Shown here: positions 12,045 to 23,280 of the stretch, one piece after another
Position numbering within the stretch: the first letter of the stretch is position 1
How the letters are laid out: each line of letters begins with the position of its first letter
DNA from: Camelus ferus
Lineage: Eukaryota
Assembly (NCBI RefSeq): GCF_009834535.1
Contig: NC_045707.1
Coordinates: forward strand, 62,188,001 to 62,252,000
Reading direction: 5' to 3'
DNA length: 64,000 nucleotides
Position numbers and translations under genes: made by a program
The notes under the pieces: generated by a model
The model's input: only the letters and a program-made list of their open reading frames with translations
What the model was told of the DNA's origin: nothing
Databases searched by the model: none

Positions 12045-12930
12045 GTTTATTCCATAAGTATTTATAGAGACTATAAATACAAACACTAATCTAGGTGTTG
12101 GACTGCTACCACAGTGAGCACGATAGGGGGATACCTGCTCTCTGTGGAGCTTAGATGCCTGTTGTGGAATTAGACCTCACACAAGTAAGCAGAGTAAGGA
12201 CGTCTGATAGCGGTGATGCCACATGGGAAGGAGTGTCTAGAGAAGAGGTATTCTTATTTCAAATACGCTGGTGTGGGAGACATCACTAAAAAGCAGATAT
12301 TTTAATAAAAACCTGAAAACAGGGAGAAAGCAGCCTTTCGTGTGTCAGAAGAAAGATGGGTCCAGGCTGGAGAGACAGTAACCACATATGTGGCAGCCGA
12401 GTCAGCACATTCAGGGGTTAGAAGGGAGGCCGCTGTTGCTGGAGCAGAGTCAGCAAGGGCGAGAGATGAGGTCAGAGACACGCTGGACGGAAGGCTGTGT
12501 ACAGCTTTGTGGGCCACTGTAAATAATTTGGATTTTACTCTGAATGAAGAAGGAATCCACTGGAAGGTTTTAGACGGAGAAGTGACAAAATATACTTCAT
12601 CTTTTTTAGAAGGATCAGTCTAGCTGCTGTGTTCACATTGGAACTTTGTGGTATAAAAGCAAGAACAAAGGCAAGGAACCATTTGGGTGGCCAACAGACG
12701 TAGTAGATGAAAAAGAAAATAGTTGTTGGGACAAGGAGGGTAGGAACAGGGGAAATAGTGAAATGTGGCCAGATTCTGGGCACTTTTCAATGTGAAAACA
12801 ATGAAGTTTATTGGTACATTGGACATGGAGTGTGAGAAAAAGTAAGGAATTAAGAATAACTTAAACGTTCTGGCTTAAGCATCTGAAAGAATGATGATGT
12901 AATTTCTTAAAATGGAGAAGGCTGGAAGAG
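12045..12930 (-). mobile_element. L2 (L2a-like) 3' portion
   Basis: Reverse-strand L2 motifs: cctgctctctgtggagcttaga; gagatgaggtcagagac; tttggattttactctgaatgaaga; atccactggaaggtttta; ggatcagtctagctgctgtg; ttctggcttaagcatctgaaagaatga. Confidence 0.85.
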
Positions 12931-13541
12931 GTACATTACAATAGAAATAATGGATGGATTTTATTTTCCTCTTAAATTACAGTTTAATAATTCACAGATA
13001 ATTATATAGTATTCAAAGATGTATTTTAAATTTCTACTGGATCCTTAAAATTACACTTGGAATAGAATTTTTATTTCTAAATCTTGCCTTTTATATGTTT
13101 GATTGTTTTTTCAATCCATATATTTATACATTATATAATGTCACTCCCAAATTTGGACTTTCATAATTTGGTCATGCAGTCAGAGAGCCAAAATTCCAGT
13201 TATTATAGTATCGTCATCTTTCTCCTCATAGCAGTGTTTGTGGTTTGTGCAATTAATATTTTATTGAATTTTCCCTTATTTTATATGAATTACTGGAAAA
13301 TGAAAAAATGAAAGTGTTCATACTAGGCATAAAGAGATGCCTCAAAAACTTAATCCAATTGTGACAAATATGGAATTCATTAAGAAGACTGAATGAAGCA
13401 ACTCTTTAGTTTCAGACCTATGATTACTAGACTTCTCTGATTGTCTCTGTATGAACTGGTAAAGATTAAATGCTTAATAGAAAATGGGCAAAATAAGGGA
13501 ACAAATTTAACAAAATAGAATACATCTATAAAAATCAAGCT

Positions 13542-13999
13542 GTAATGTGGAAGCAACCTAAATTTCCATCAACAGATGAATGGATGAAGTAAATGAGGTG
13601 TATACATCCAATGGAATTCTACTGGGCCTTTATAAAGAAGGAAATTCTGCAACATGTGACAGTATGGATGAACCTTGAGGGCATGACGCTTAGTGAAATA
13701 AGCCAGTCACAGGAAAACGCATAATGCGTGATTCTACTTGTAAGAGGAAACTACAATAGTCCCAACTCATAGAATCAAAGCATGATAAAGTGGTTGCCAG
13801 CCGTTGGGGGAAGGGGAAATAAGCAGTTACTAATTAATGGGCATAAAGTTTCAGTCAAAACTTTATGAATACACTCTAGAGATCTGCTGTACACCATTGT
13901 AACTATAGTTAACAATAATGTATGGTGAGCATAAAAGTTTGCTAAAAGGGCAGATCTCATGTGAAGTGTTTTTTTCCACAATAAAACATTAAAAAAAAA
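13542..13999 (+). mobile_element. 5'-truncated L1 (L1MB-like) 3' end with poly(A) and TSD
   Basis: atgtggaagcaacctaaatttccatcaacagatgaatggat...ctctagagatctgctgtac...gggcagatctcatgtgaagtg; A tail; TSD aaaaatcaagct (13530-13541) / aaaaatctagct (13995-14006), 11/12 identical. Confidence 0.9.
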
Positions 14000-14749
14000 T
14001 CTAGCTTCACCCCAATAATCAAATAACAGGTAGATATAATTTAGGACAACATATGACCAAAACTTGATATGAAGCGTGACATTCTATGATGATAAAGGTT
14101 CAGGAAAGTGTCTCAGTAACCCATCAAAAAATCTAGTTTTAAAATTTAATTATAACTTTCTCTTTGTTTTAAATCTTTTATCAGTGGGACTATATTAAAC
14201 ATGTGAATAAAAAAAAGATGATGAAAAATTTTAAAGTTCTGTGAAATATTTACAGATTATAAATATTTATGAAAATGTGAAGATTATAAGCAGTTGGTAA
14301 ATTGGAGAAAACAGAAAATAGCATAAAGTGTAAATTGGCATGAAATTTCTAGGGGAGCAATTTATCAGTACATACCAAGTCCTTGTTTTTTTCACATAAT
14401 GTAGCTCAATAATCACATATATATTTATATATATATAAATGTTTTGCAAATTTTAGCTATGGTTATTATGGTGCAGTTTATAATGTTTGAAATGAATAAT
14501 CTGTCTAACAATGATGACTGAATTTAATTACAATAAAATAACTGTGCTGTAGCAATTTAATAGATTACTACATGTATTTTAAATACCTTTTAGTTATATA
14601 CTATTGGTGTAAAACTCATTTAAGACAATGTTTAAATAAAAATCATGCTACACACTAAATGTAAAAGGCCATTTTATTTTATAAACTTAGAGATATGCAT
14701 TTATCTATATTGGTTAGACACAAAACACCTAGTTATTATAATTAGATAT

Positions 14750-16200
14750 AACATATCTATAGAATTATAAATATTCTACTACTTGAAGGCCCAGAAACGC
14801 CTTCCATTTGCCAGTTCTCAATAACCACTCTCAAACCTCCCACAATTCTGTCTTTTATGCAATTATTTCCTTGTGTATTTCTATTTTTTCATTATCTAAA
14901 TATACATCTGTATACACAATAGTTTAGTATTACCCATTTTCTTAACATTTGGTAGTCTCTTCAGCTTCTTAATTTACAGGTGCAAATTCTATTTTTTTTC
15001 CTTACATCATATCAAATTGAAAATCACAAGCCATTTAAACTGCAAATTTTCCCCTGTCTGGAGTTTGCTGATTATATGCTCATTTTGCAATTCATATATT
15101 CCACTGCCCTCTGTATTTTCTGCAACTTGGAAGAAAATAGATCTATCTCAGAATTTTTATTTTTTTCCAAAGATCATACATGATTTTGGTTTTCTAGCTT
15201 GTCTCTCTCTTTTTATGCTTAATGCCTTAATCCATTAATTCATTGAGAATTATATTCTCTCTTCTTATTTAGTTATTACCAGGAGTAGTGCGATAAAGTT
15301 TCATTTTCCCTTATCTGTTAATTATTAGTGTTTGCTATTTGTTATATTAATAAGGTATTAATTCTTTTTAACTTAATCATGACAATAATTCATAAAATGT
15401 TTTTAAAAAGTAATACTTTATATGGAAAAAACAAGGTACATCTGTGATTCTTCCCTTTATTTTACAGATTTCCAGACAGTTTGTTCCCTCACATCCCCTA
15501 AAGTAACCAGTTAGACTGTCTCCTTAGAACTTATGTGTTTAAACATATTTGATGGGTTTCACTTCTCTAGTATCAACTGAGTCCATTTTGAAGCTCAGAT
15601 TTTCTTATCTTTAGTGACAGCACCTCTTCACATTGGATTCTGTCTCCTCTTGATGTGATCCTGATAACTTTGCGACACCAAGATACTCTGGCTTATTTTG
15701 AGTCATTTCCAGCCTCAGAACTGGAATCAGCCATTCCTCCAAGAAGCCCTCATTATCTTTACTGAGAAAAGGTATTTTTAAGTTTTGAATGCTATGAATG
15801 CTTATTTTTATCTGACTTTTTCCCATAGAATTTTGTGGCTGGAACTTAGAGGAAAATAAGCATTGTTAAACAATGAATTGAGAATGGATGGATAAAATGC
15901 CTAAAGAGTTCATCCTAATTTCCAACTCAGATTTAGGAGGGCAAGACTCCTTAACCTCTTCTACTTTATATCTTTCACCTTTAGAATTCTGTTTTCACAT
16001 TTACACTATTCAATAAATTATTCAATTGCCTTATCCCACATCGTGCTCACATTTTATTTCCACAAAACAATGCAAATACTTCCAAAACTAAAGCAATTAC
16101 TGAACACATCAAAGATTTGCAAATGCATTCTTTTTTTCCCTCAGTTATTTCCAATTTTACTAAATCTACTTTATCCTAGCATATACTACTTCATTCTATA
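14750..16200 (-). mobile_element. Old L1 3' UTR (L1MC4/L1MC5-like)
   Basis: ctcagaactggaatcagccattcctccaagaagccctcattatctttactgagaaaaggtattt matches the L1MC4/5 3' end on the reverse strand; boundaries approximate. Confidence 0.6.
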
Positions 16201-16329
16201 TTCTATCCTCATTTAATTTTGGTTTTATATGGTTAGCTATATATCCAAGGCTTATTTTTCATAGGAAAATTTGAGATTTTTCTAAATTTCTTGAATTTTT
16301 TAAAGGAAAGTTTCTTTCACAATAGCTTT

Positions 16330-16940
16330 TCTAACTTCCCAGAGCTCTGTCATGTTTTCTTTAGTATTTAAAAATATGAGATTCTTCCAGCTCAATTTCC
16401 CTCCTCTCCCTTTATCTAGACTTTTTCTTTTCTTCATTTCTATTGCCCTTGTCCTGGTAAGTTTGAATTCAGTTATTCAGTTCTCAGTTTTCTTTTTTCT
16501 TTTTTTCCCTTTGTGTGGGAACTTTGTTCTGGAAGGTGGTCATACTTAATCAATTTAAGAATTCAAAGGGGCTGGACCGTTCCAGCCCTGTCAGACCTTC
16601 CTACAGATTGCCGCACTGACCAACTAAGGATTAGGCAAAACCCCTCCTAATTTTAGCTGCTGTTTTCAAATTGGCTCCCGGTTTATATCATGTCTTAAGA
16701 TGCCTGATTATTTCCCCACGCCTCCATCGGTACGAAGGCTGAGACAATGCAGGGCTTGTAACTGTCGTGTTTTCTCCCCACCCCTCGTATTTGGGTTTGC
16801 ATTTGTTGAGAAACTTTGTAATCTAATTTTGTTGTAAATGTGGTCCATCGATTTGGGTTTACTATTCAATTGCTCTGTCTGCTTTTTTAGAGGTATTTGA
16901 AGAGATTAAATATTATTCTACTGTCATCTTTTCCCCAGAA
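16330..16940 (-). mobile_element. Old L1ME/HAL1-like 5' end fragment
   Basis: T-rich reverse ORF1-like stretch followed by ggcaaaacccctcctaattttagctgctgttttcaaattggc, a motif of old L1/HAL1 5' ends. Confidence 0.45.
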
Positions 16941-17879
16941 TCCCTTGTTCTTATATTGAAACCAATTTTTCTTGATGAAGGAATGTGTCCTTAAATAAAA
17001 ACAATTCTCCTCTCCTTTCAATGTTTCTATTTCAAAATATTAGAAGTACTATAACTGCATTTTGTGTATAAAATAGAACAAACTGTAGCAGAACCTGTGC
17101 CAACCAAACAAATTTAAGTGAAAGCACAAACCAGAGCTAAACACAGTGCACGAGAAATTGTGTTAACACCAGGCAAGTATCTTTTGGCTCTTTCCACAAA
17201 AATCTGCACTGTAGACAAACTGCAATAAACAAGACTAACAGTTAGTCAGTATTGGTCTGTTTAGTTTCATTTGGAGAGCCAAAGCCTGCAATTTCTCTTC
17301 AGCAATAAAATTAGTTGGAATAGTCAAATCCTTTTGGTTTAATGCAGTTTTGTATCAATATATTTTTTTTTTAATTACTAAATGTTAGCTAAGAAATCAG
17401 TCTGCAGTTATCCCTCCTCTCCACTCCCTTTGGCTTCACTGCTTCTGTCAAAGGGCTTTGCCTTTGGGGATATAAACATATGGTATATTTCACACTAATT
17501 ACTACAGTGCTTATAAAATCATATTATATTAGACTCATTACATTTATTTATCCCCAGCTATTGCATAAGAAGGCTAAACCATATATAATTCTGTATGAGC
17601 TACAATTTTATGATAACAATTAGTTGGGGCAAATATGCTAGGAGGAGCTAACTCATTTGCAAAGTAGTGGGAAAAAATTATTTTACTCTTAATCCTCTAG
17701 TTCGAAAAGTTTCAACTATTAAGCAATTAAAAAAATTCAGAGTAGGGTACAAAACCATTCCTGTTCAGATTTGATAAGCTTTCTAGGAAATCCTGGTTAG
17801 AATAATGAGGAGTTTACCAGTTTTTATACATGCCTAAAAATGCATCCTTGTCTACTGGATTTGATGATTTGAACACAAT

Positions 17880-18110
17880 GTAGTATGGATAATGTATTGC
17901 ACAGGAGAGCACTTTGGGGTCTGCAGACCTAAGTCCTTGATTTCCTTTTCCTAAATACTACATGCGTGACCTTGAACTACTTATCCCATATATGTCTCAG
18001 CTTCCTCCCCCAAAAAGGAGAATCACAATCACCCTAAATTTAAGAGATTGTTAAGACAGACAACTGATACAATAAATATAAACCAACTTTCACTCTGCTT
18101 GGAATATAAT
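17880..18110 (+). mobile_element. MIR SINE
   Basis: gagagcactttggggtctgcagacctaagtccttgatt...tgcgtgaccttgaactactta...tgtctcagcttcctc. Confidence 0.65.
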
Positions 18111-19328
18111 TATCAAAGAAAGTTTGAAAATAAAAAGAATCACAAATTTTACATGTGCAAAACAGGACACTCTTCTTCCCTTTCCAACACCCCTCCCACA
18201 GTCTTCGTTCAGAGGTGGTAATGAATGTGTGTTAAGCACGAAGAGCCTTTATCAGTGTACAGTCCTAGTACAGTAAAGCTGGGTCTTCCATCCTCTACAG
18301 AGGCTTTAAAGAGATTTGTGTCAGAAAAGGTAGCTACTAAGTATCTAATTACTAAATCCAATTATTTTTAAAGACTAACAGTCTTAAAAATGGGTATCTC
18401 TGAATTTAGATTAGGGCCTCATTTTATGATAAAGAAACTTTTATTTTCAGAACATTCTGTTTTCTTTCTTGTAAGCATGCGCTAACTTACAGATTGACAC
18501 TGTATTAACATTTGAAAACAGCCCTTTTACAAAACTTCCTATTATATTTGGAGGAAAATGTTAACTTTGTTCAGCTTCTTCCAGTGAACGAAAGTATAAA
18601 TGAAGGAAAATTTTTCTTTGTGTTTGATGAATGTCACATAGTTGATGATAACTGTGCATCAGTTTACACTTAGCAGAATAAATCTAAGTATTTACTTTAA
18701 TAAGAATGTCATTTAGATACACATTTCAAATACAAGTTTGAAAACACTGACTTGCTGAGAATATTTTCATTCAGCAGGACAGACAGAAAAGTCTAAGTCC
18801 TACCTGTAGTAAAAACCTTAATGTGTTCTAAGAGATACAAGGTCAATGTCCTTGAAGTATAGAAAGTAAGGGGAGAATAATGGGTTATGGAGAAATGTTG
18901 GCAGTCCATGAGGAGTGTTATATACTGTTTGTACATATACTTTCTTGATATACTAAAGGTTGCATGTGCGTGTAAGCTTTAATAGCTGTAATATAATCAG
19001 AAAGTATAGGAATTACCTTTCATATTGCCATTTCCTCACTTCTGCAATTTCCAGAAAGATAGTTAGGCTTGTGGTCTCCTTTGTTGTAGTTAATGTTTAA
19101 ATTTTCGAGCCTAAAGCAAACTTTGCCTCCGTAACACCTCTTCTCCTACCATTTGCCTTACATAGGCCTGGGCATACAAAGGGAAGCGGGAAAAGGGTGC
19201 TTCTAGTGATGGTGTCAACCATTCAATTTTTTTTTTTTTTTAATAATAGGACATTATTTAAGCACTAAGGTAGTATAATATTCACACATCAAGGCAACAG
19301 TTAAAACATGAATTTAAAATGCAATGAA

Positions 19329-19458
19329 GGGGCAGGGTATAGCTCAAGTGGTAGAGCAAATGCTTAGCATGCACAAGGTCCTGGGTTCGATCCCTAGTAC
19401 CTCCTCTAAAAATAAATAAACCTAGTTACCTCCTCCCCCCAAAATAAATAAAATAAAA
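19329..19458 (+). mobile_element. Camelid tRNA-Ala(AGC)-derived SINE (Vic-1 type), full length
   Basis: gggtatagctcaagtggtagagcaaatgcttagcatgcacaaggtcctgggttcgatccctagtacctcc is close to tRNA-Ala-AGC; then aaataaataaacctagttacctcctccccc and an (AAAAT)n tail; TSD taaaatgcaatgaa (19315-19328) / taaaatgaaatgaa (19459-19472). Confidence 0.93.
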
Positions 19459-19532
19459 TAAAATGAAATGAAAAATTACCGAGTTTTATGCAGGTGAGTT
19501 ATGTAATTTGATACTATTTTTAAAAGGTTATT

Positions 19533-19689
19533 GTGGGAGGATATTAGGTCAAGTGGTAGAGCGCATGCTTAGCATGCCCAAGGTCCTGGGTTCAATCCCC
19601 AGTACTTCCTCTAAAATTAAATAAATAAATGAATCTAAGTAGTTCCCCCCACCAAAAAATAAAAATAAAAAATGGAAAACAAGCAAAAT
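19533..19689 (+). mobile_element. Second Vic-1-type SINE
   Basis: ggtcaagtggtagagcgcatgcttagcatgcccaaggtcctgggttcaatccccagtacttcctctaaaa; A-rich tail; probable TSD aaggttatt (19524-19532) / aagattatt (19690-19698). Confidence 0.9.
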
Positions 19690-19719
19690 AAGATTATTTT
19701 AAAGCATTTTAAATTCTCA

Positions 19720-20110
19720 TAGAAAAAGAATTAGAAGGGGAGTTAATTAAGGAGGCTGGTTAAGAGGCTATTACATTGAAAACAACAAAAGATAAATGTA
19801 GTCATTTTTACCATGGCAGTGACAAAATGGTTATATTTAAAACATATTTTTGACCTGTGGTTGATGTAGGGGAGTGTCAAACGTGACTTCCATTTTTATA
19901 TCTAGGGAGGGAGACTGCATGGAGATGGTGCCATTACCCAGGATGGTATTATGACTATGAAGGACAGTATTGGTGAAGTTTGTTGTGACAATTATTACAT
20001 GAAAAGCTGTCAAATAGGCATTTGGATATACAAGTTTAGAGCCCAGAAATATATACTAGAATGAGAAATATAAATCATGCCCTTCATTCAGGAAATGATC
20101 ATTTTTAAAA
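19720..20110 (-). mobile_element. L2 fragment
   Basis: ggttaagaggctatt; ggagatggtgccattaccc; gtcaaataggcatttggatatacaagtttagagcccagaa. Confidence 0.7.
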
Positions 20111-21859
20111 GCTGACAGCGTACAAAGTAAAAGTCACAGTCACTATACTGATTGCTATTTAATGGATACAATGATTAATTAGATATGAATTTTCACTAAA
20201 ATACACATCAAGGACTGGATGCCATTAGCTTTTCTATGGTTCTCCTGTCGTATGTGATGTCAGCAAAAAAGATATTATCAGATATTCAAGGGTTTTGAAA
20301 AAATACCCATGATCCCTCACTGAAAATTTAATCAAGATGTAATTTAAGTGACCAGGAGATGGGCTGAAATAAATCCAGATTTGGAAGACATGATGTAATA
20401 CAATTGACACTGAAAAATGAAACCAGTATAACATGAAGATAAGATCAGCGAGACATGCACATAAATAACTAAAATACAGTAAGTAGTATATGTCCCTGGA
20501 GAAATGATGTACAAATAAAGTTCAATTTGACATAGGAAATTGAAAATTCTTTCTGCAGCAAAAGCTCGGGGATACCTGAAGAAGGATGTGACTGTAGAAT
20601 TGGGCTTTATCAGGTAATTAGGATTTGAATAAGGAAACATGGGAGAGAAATGATTTGGTGGTTCAAAAAGACCAGGAAGAGCAGGCACACTGATGCTGAT
20701 TTGCATCTTGTGCAGTTCTCTGGGAGAGGACCAGAGGTACCAAGTGGAGCGCTGGGTGACTCAGCAGGTCTCCTAGACCAGGCCATACTGGGTGAGACTT
20801 CGAATTTACTTATCATCTCACCATCACTAATGGGTAATCATTCTTTACAGGTTCAACCCAGTAATTTAAAATTACCCAAATAAAAACAAATGCAATCTTG
20901 CTTTAAAACATGTCTTGTAAGAATTCAGTGGTAGCTCTCTGACATTCAAGATAGACTGTTCATTTTAAAGTGGGATCCCTTCAGCACTAGATCTGACGAT
21001 TATGCAATATCCTATAAGGAGAGATACAGGCAAGTAGGGAAATTAAAAAGCAAGTAGTAAATTGAAAATTTTTTAATTTAATTTTCTCCATAAAGAGAAT
21101 GATTATAAGGCATGATAGCAAGTAACTGTAAAGGAATTATATTTAGTTAAGAAGGATTCTTAAAATGCTCAGAAGATATGAAAATTTACCAAAAGGAGCA
21201 TTAGTTTGGCCATCAGAATTTAGTTTTAAAAAATGGTTTAGTTTTAAATAGTATTATTCTTCAAAATAGTTTGGTTAGTAAATTACTGAATATAAAGTTT
21301 TTCTACGTGTTTGCAGTGTGTTGTACGCTGCATGTGAGCACGAGACTCTTAGAATATGTGTGATTTTACAGATCTTTTACCTATTTCAGGTTCCTGCTTG
21401 CACCAACAAATTCCTAAACACAAAACAAGCAAAATAATTCAATAAATACTTAATATAAGAGAGTAAGAATTATTTTTAATTCATTGTAAATTTCTAAAAA
21501 TAGCCTTAATTTTAGCTTATTTTCCATGTGTCTTCTATTTCTCAGTGTAATCAAACACTTCCTCTCTGCCTTTTTTCCCTTTTTTTTTTAACATTTCTTA
21601 GAATGGTAGCATAGACTGTAAATTATTATAAGCACATCGTCACAAATCTACAGGAAATTTAAACAGAGCTAAAGAAAATCAAGCAGAAAAGACGGTAAAG
21701 ATTGCAGCAAAAGTGATGCTTAGAAGGAATTTATTTCTCTTTCCTATCTCATCACTACTTATACTAGGCATATTCTTCCACTTTTTGTTCTTTAAAACTG
21801 AACTCAGATGGCATTTTCTCAATAGTCTCTCTTTTCTGTTCTTCCAGAATGTGAAATAG

Positions 21860-22040
21860 AGTCAGGCTATATTCTTGCAATCTGGCATCGGATAAACCTC
21901 ATCTGTGTCTAACCCTTGCACACCTTCCTTTGTAAATTTAAAGTCACTCAGTCTGTCCTAAGGGGAGAGAGGTGTATCCCTGCCTCAAGAATTTCTATGA
22001 GGATTTAATGATCTTGTATATATAAAGAGCTCAGAATTAT
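21860..22040 (+). mobile_element. Degenerate MIR
   Basis: tagagtcaggct...tgtatccctgcctcaagaatttctatgaggatttaatgatcttgtatatataaagagctcaga. Confidence 0.5.
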
Positions 22041-22119
22041 CATGTGTCCTGCTATAATATTCCTATGTTGTACTAGGATTGCTTCTGCTCTTCGATCCTC
22101 ATCCTCCGTTTTTTTTCTT

Positions 22120-23280
22120 AAACACACTCCAGTGAGATTATTCCCCATTTAAAACTTTGAAAACTTCCTTGCCAAGGCCATCGATGACTACTGTGGTACT
22201 GAACCTCATGTTATTTCTCAGTTCTCATCAAATTGCAGCACTACTGGACACATTGATCTATTACTCCCTTCCCATGAGAACATTTTAATGGCTGGCTTCC
22301 AGGGCCACTCCTCACCACTACTATTTTTCAGTCATCACTGGTCATTCCTCCTTAGTCCCACTTGCTGACTCCTCCTCATAGCTTCAATCTCTTAAAGATG
22401 GAGAGACCCAAGGCCCAGGGACCTTTCTTCTCTGTGTGTGCTAAGTCCCATGGTAATCTCATGCAGCCTATATGCTGAAGTCTCCCATATCTGCATCTAT
22501 TATGAATGCAACATTTGTCTACTCAATGGCCTACTGAACATCTCTGTTTGGATAGCTAAGAGACGTCTCAGACCTGGTCTCCTCGACATCAATTTCCCCA
22601 TCCCAATCTGCTCCTGTCTCAGTCTTCTACACACGTTAGTTGATGGCAATTCTATCTTTCTAGGTGCACAGGCCCAAGTCCAGGGGTCTTCTCTGCCTTC
22701 TTCCTTTCTCTCACTACCATGTCAAATCCATTCACATATATACAGAACTAGACATTTTGTCACCCCTCCAGTACTCCCTCTCTGGTTCAAGTCTAGACTG
22801 TAGCGAAGGCCTCTTAAAGATCTTCCTAATTCCATCATCTGTTCCTTAGTGTATGTTCTTAATACAGAAGCCAGATGATCCTTTGTAAAATATGCTTAGA
22901 TTGGAGTTTCTTCTTTTTCTCAAAAGTTTTACAATGCCTTCCTCATATCATTTAGCACACACAAAAAATGTTTTTATAGCATTCTGAAAAATCCCACATA
23001 TCTGTTCATTACTTCTTTGATGTACACTCCTACAGACTTCTTACCTTACATATTGTTTTAGCTATAATGGCTTTCTTGATGAATTTTGAGCTTACCAATT
23101 AGGCTTTCTACCCCAGGGCCTTCGCACTTGCTCTTCTCAGTCCATGATGTTCTTCTTTCACAAATTCACAGGCTAGCTCCTTCATCTACACTTTAACCCT
23201 TTGCTCAAATACACTTTTTAAATAAAGAGGTCCCTCATGGTTACCCTATTTCAATCTGCTGTACTCCTTACCTTCCTTCC
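22120..23280 (+). mobile_element. L2 (L2a-like) ORF2 3' end and UTR
   Basis: cttgccaaggccatcgatgac; ggctggcttccagggccact; tatgctgaagtctcccatatctgcatct; gaacatctctgtttggatagctaa; tagttgatggcaattctatctttc; cagggccttcgcacttgct. Confidence 0.85.

Noticed and set aside
19329..19405. Functional tRNA-Ala gene
   Set aside because: Followed by the SINE-specific tail and flanked by a TSD, with no T-run terminator; three related copies in the window
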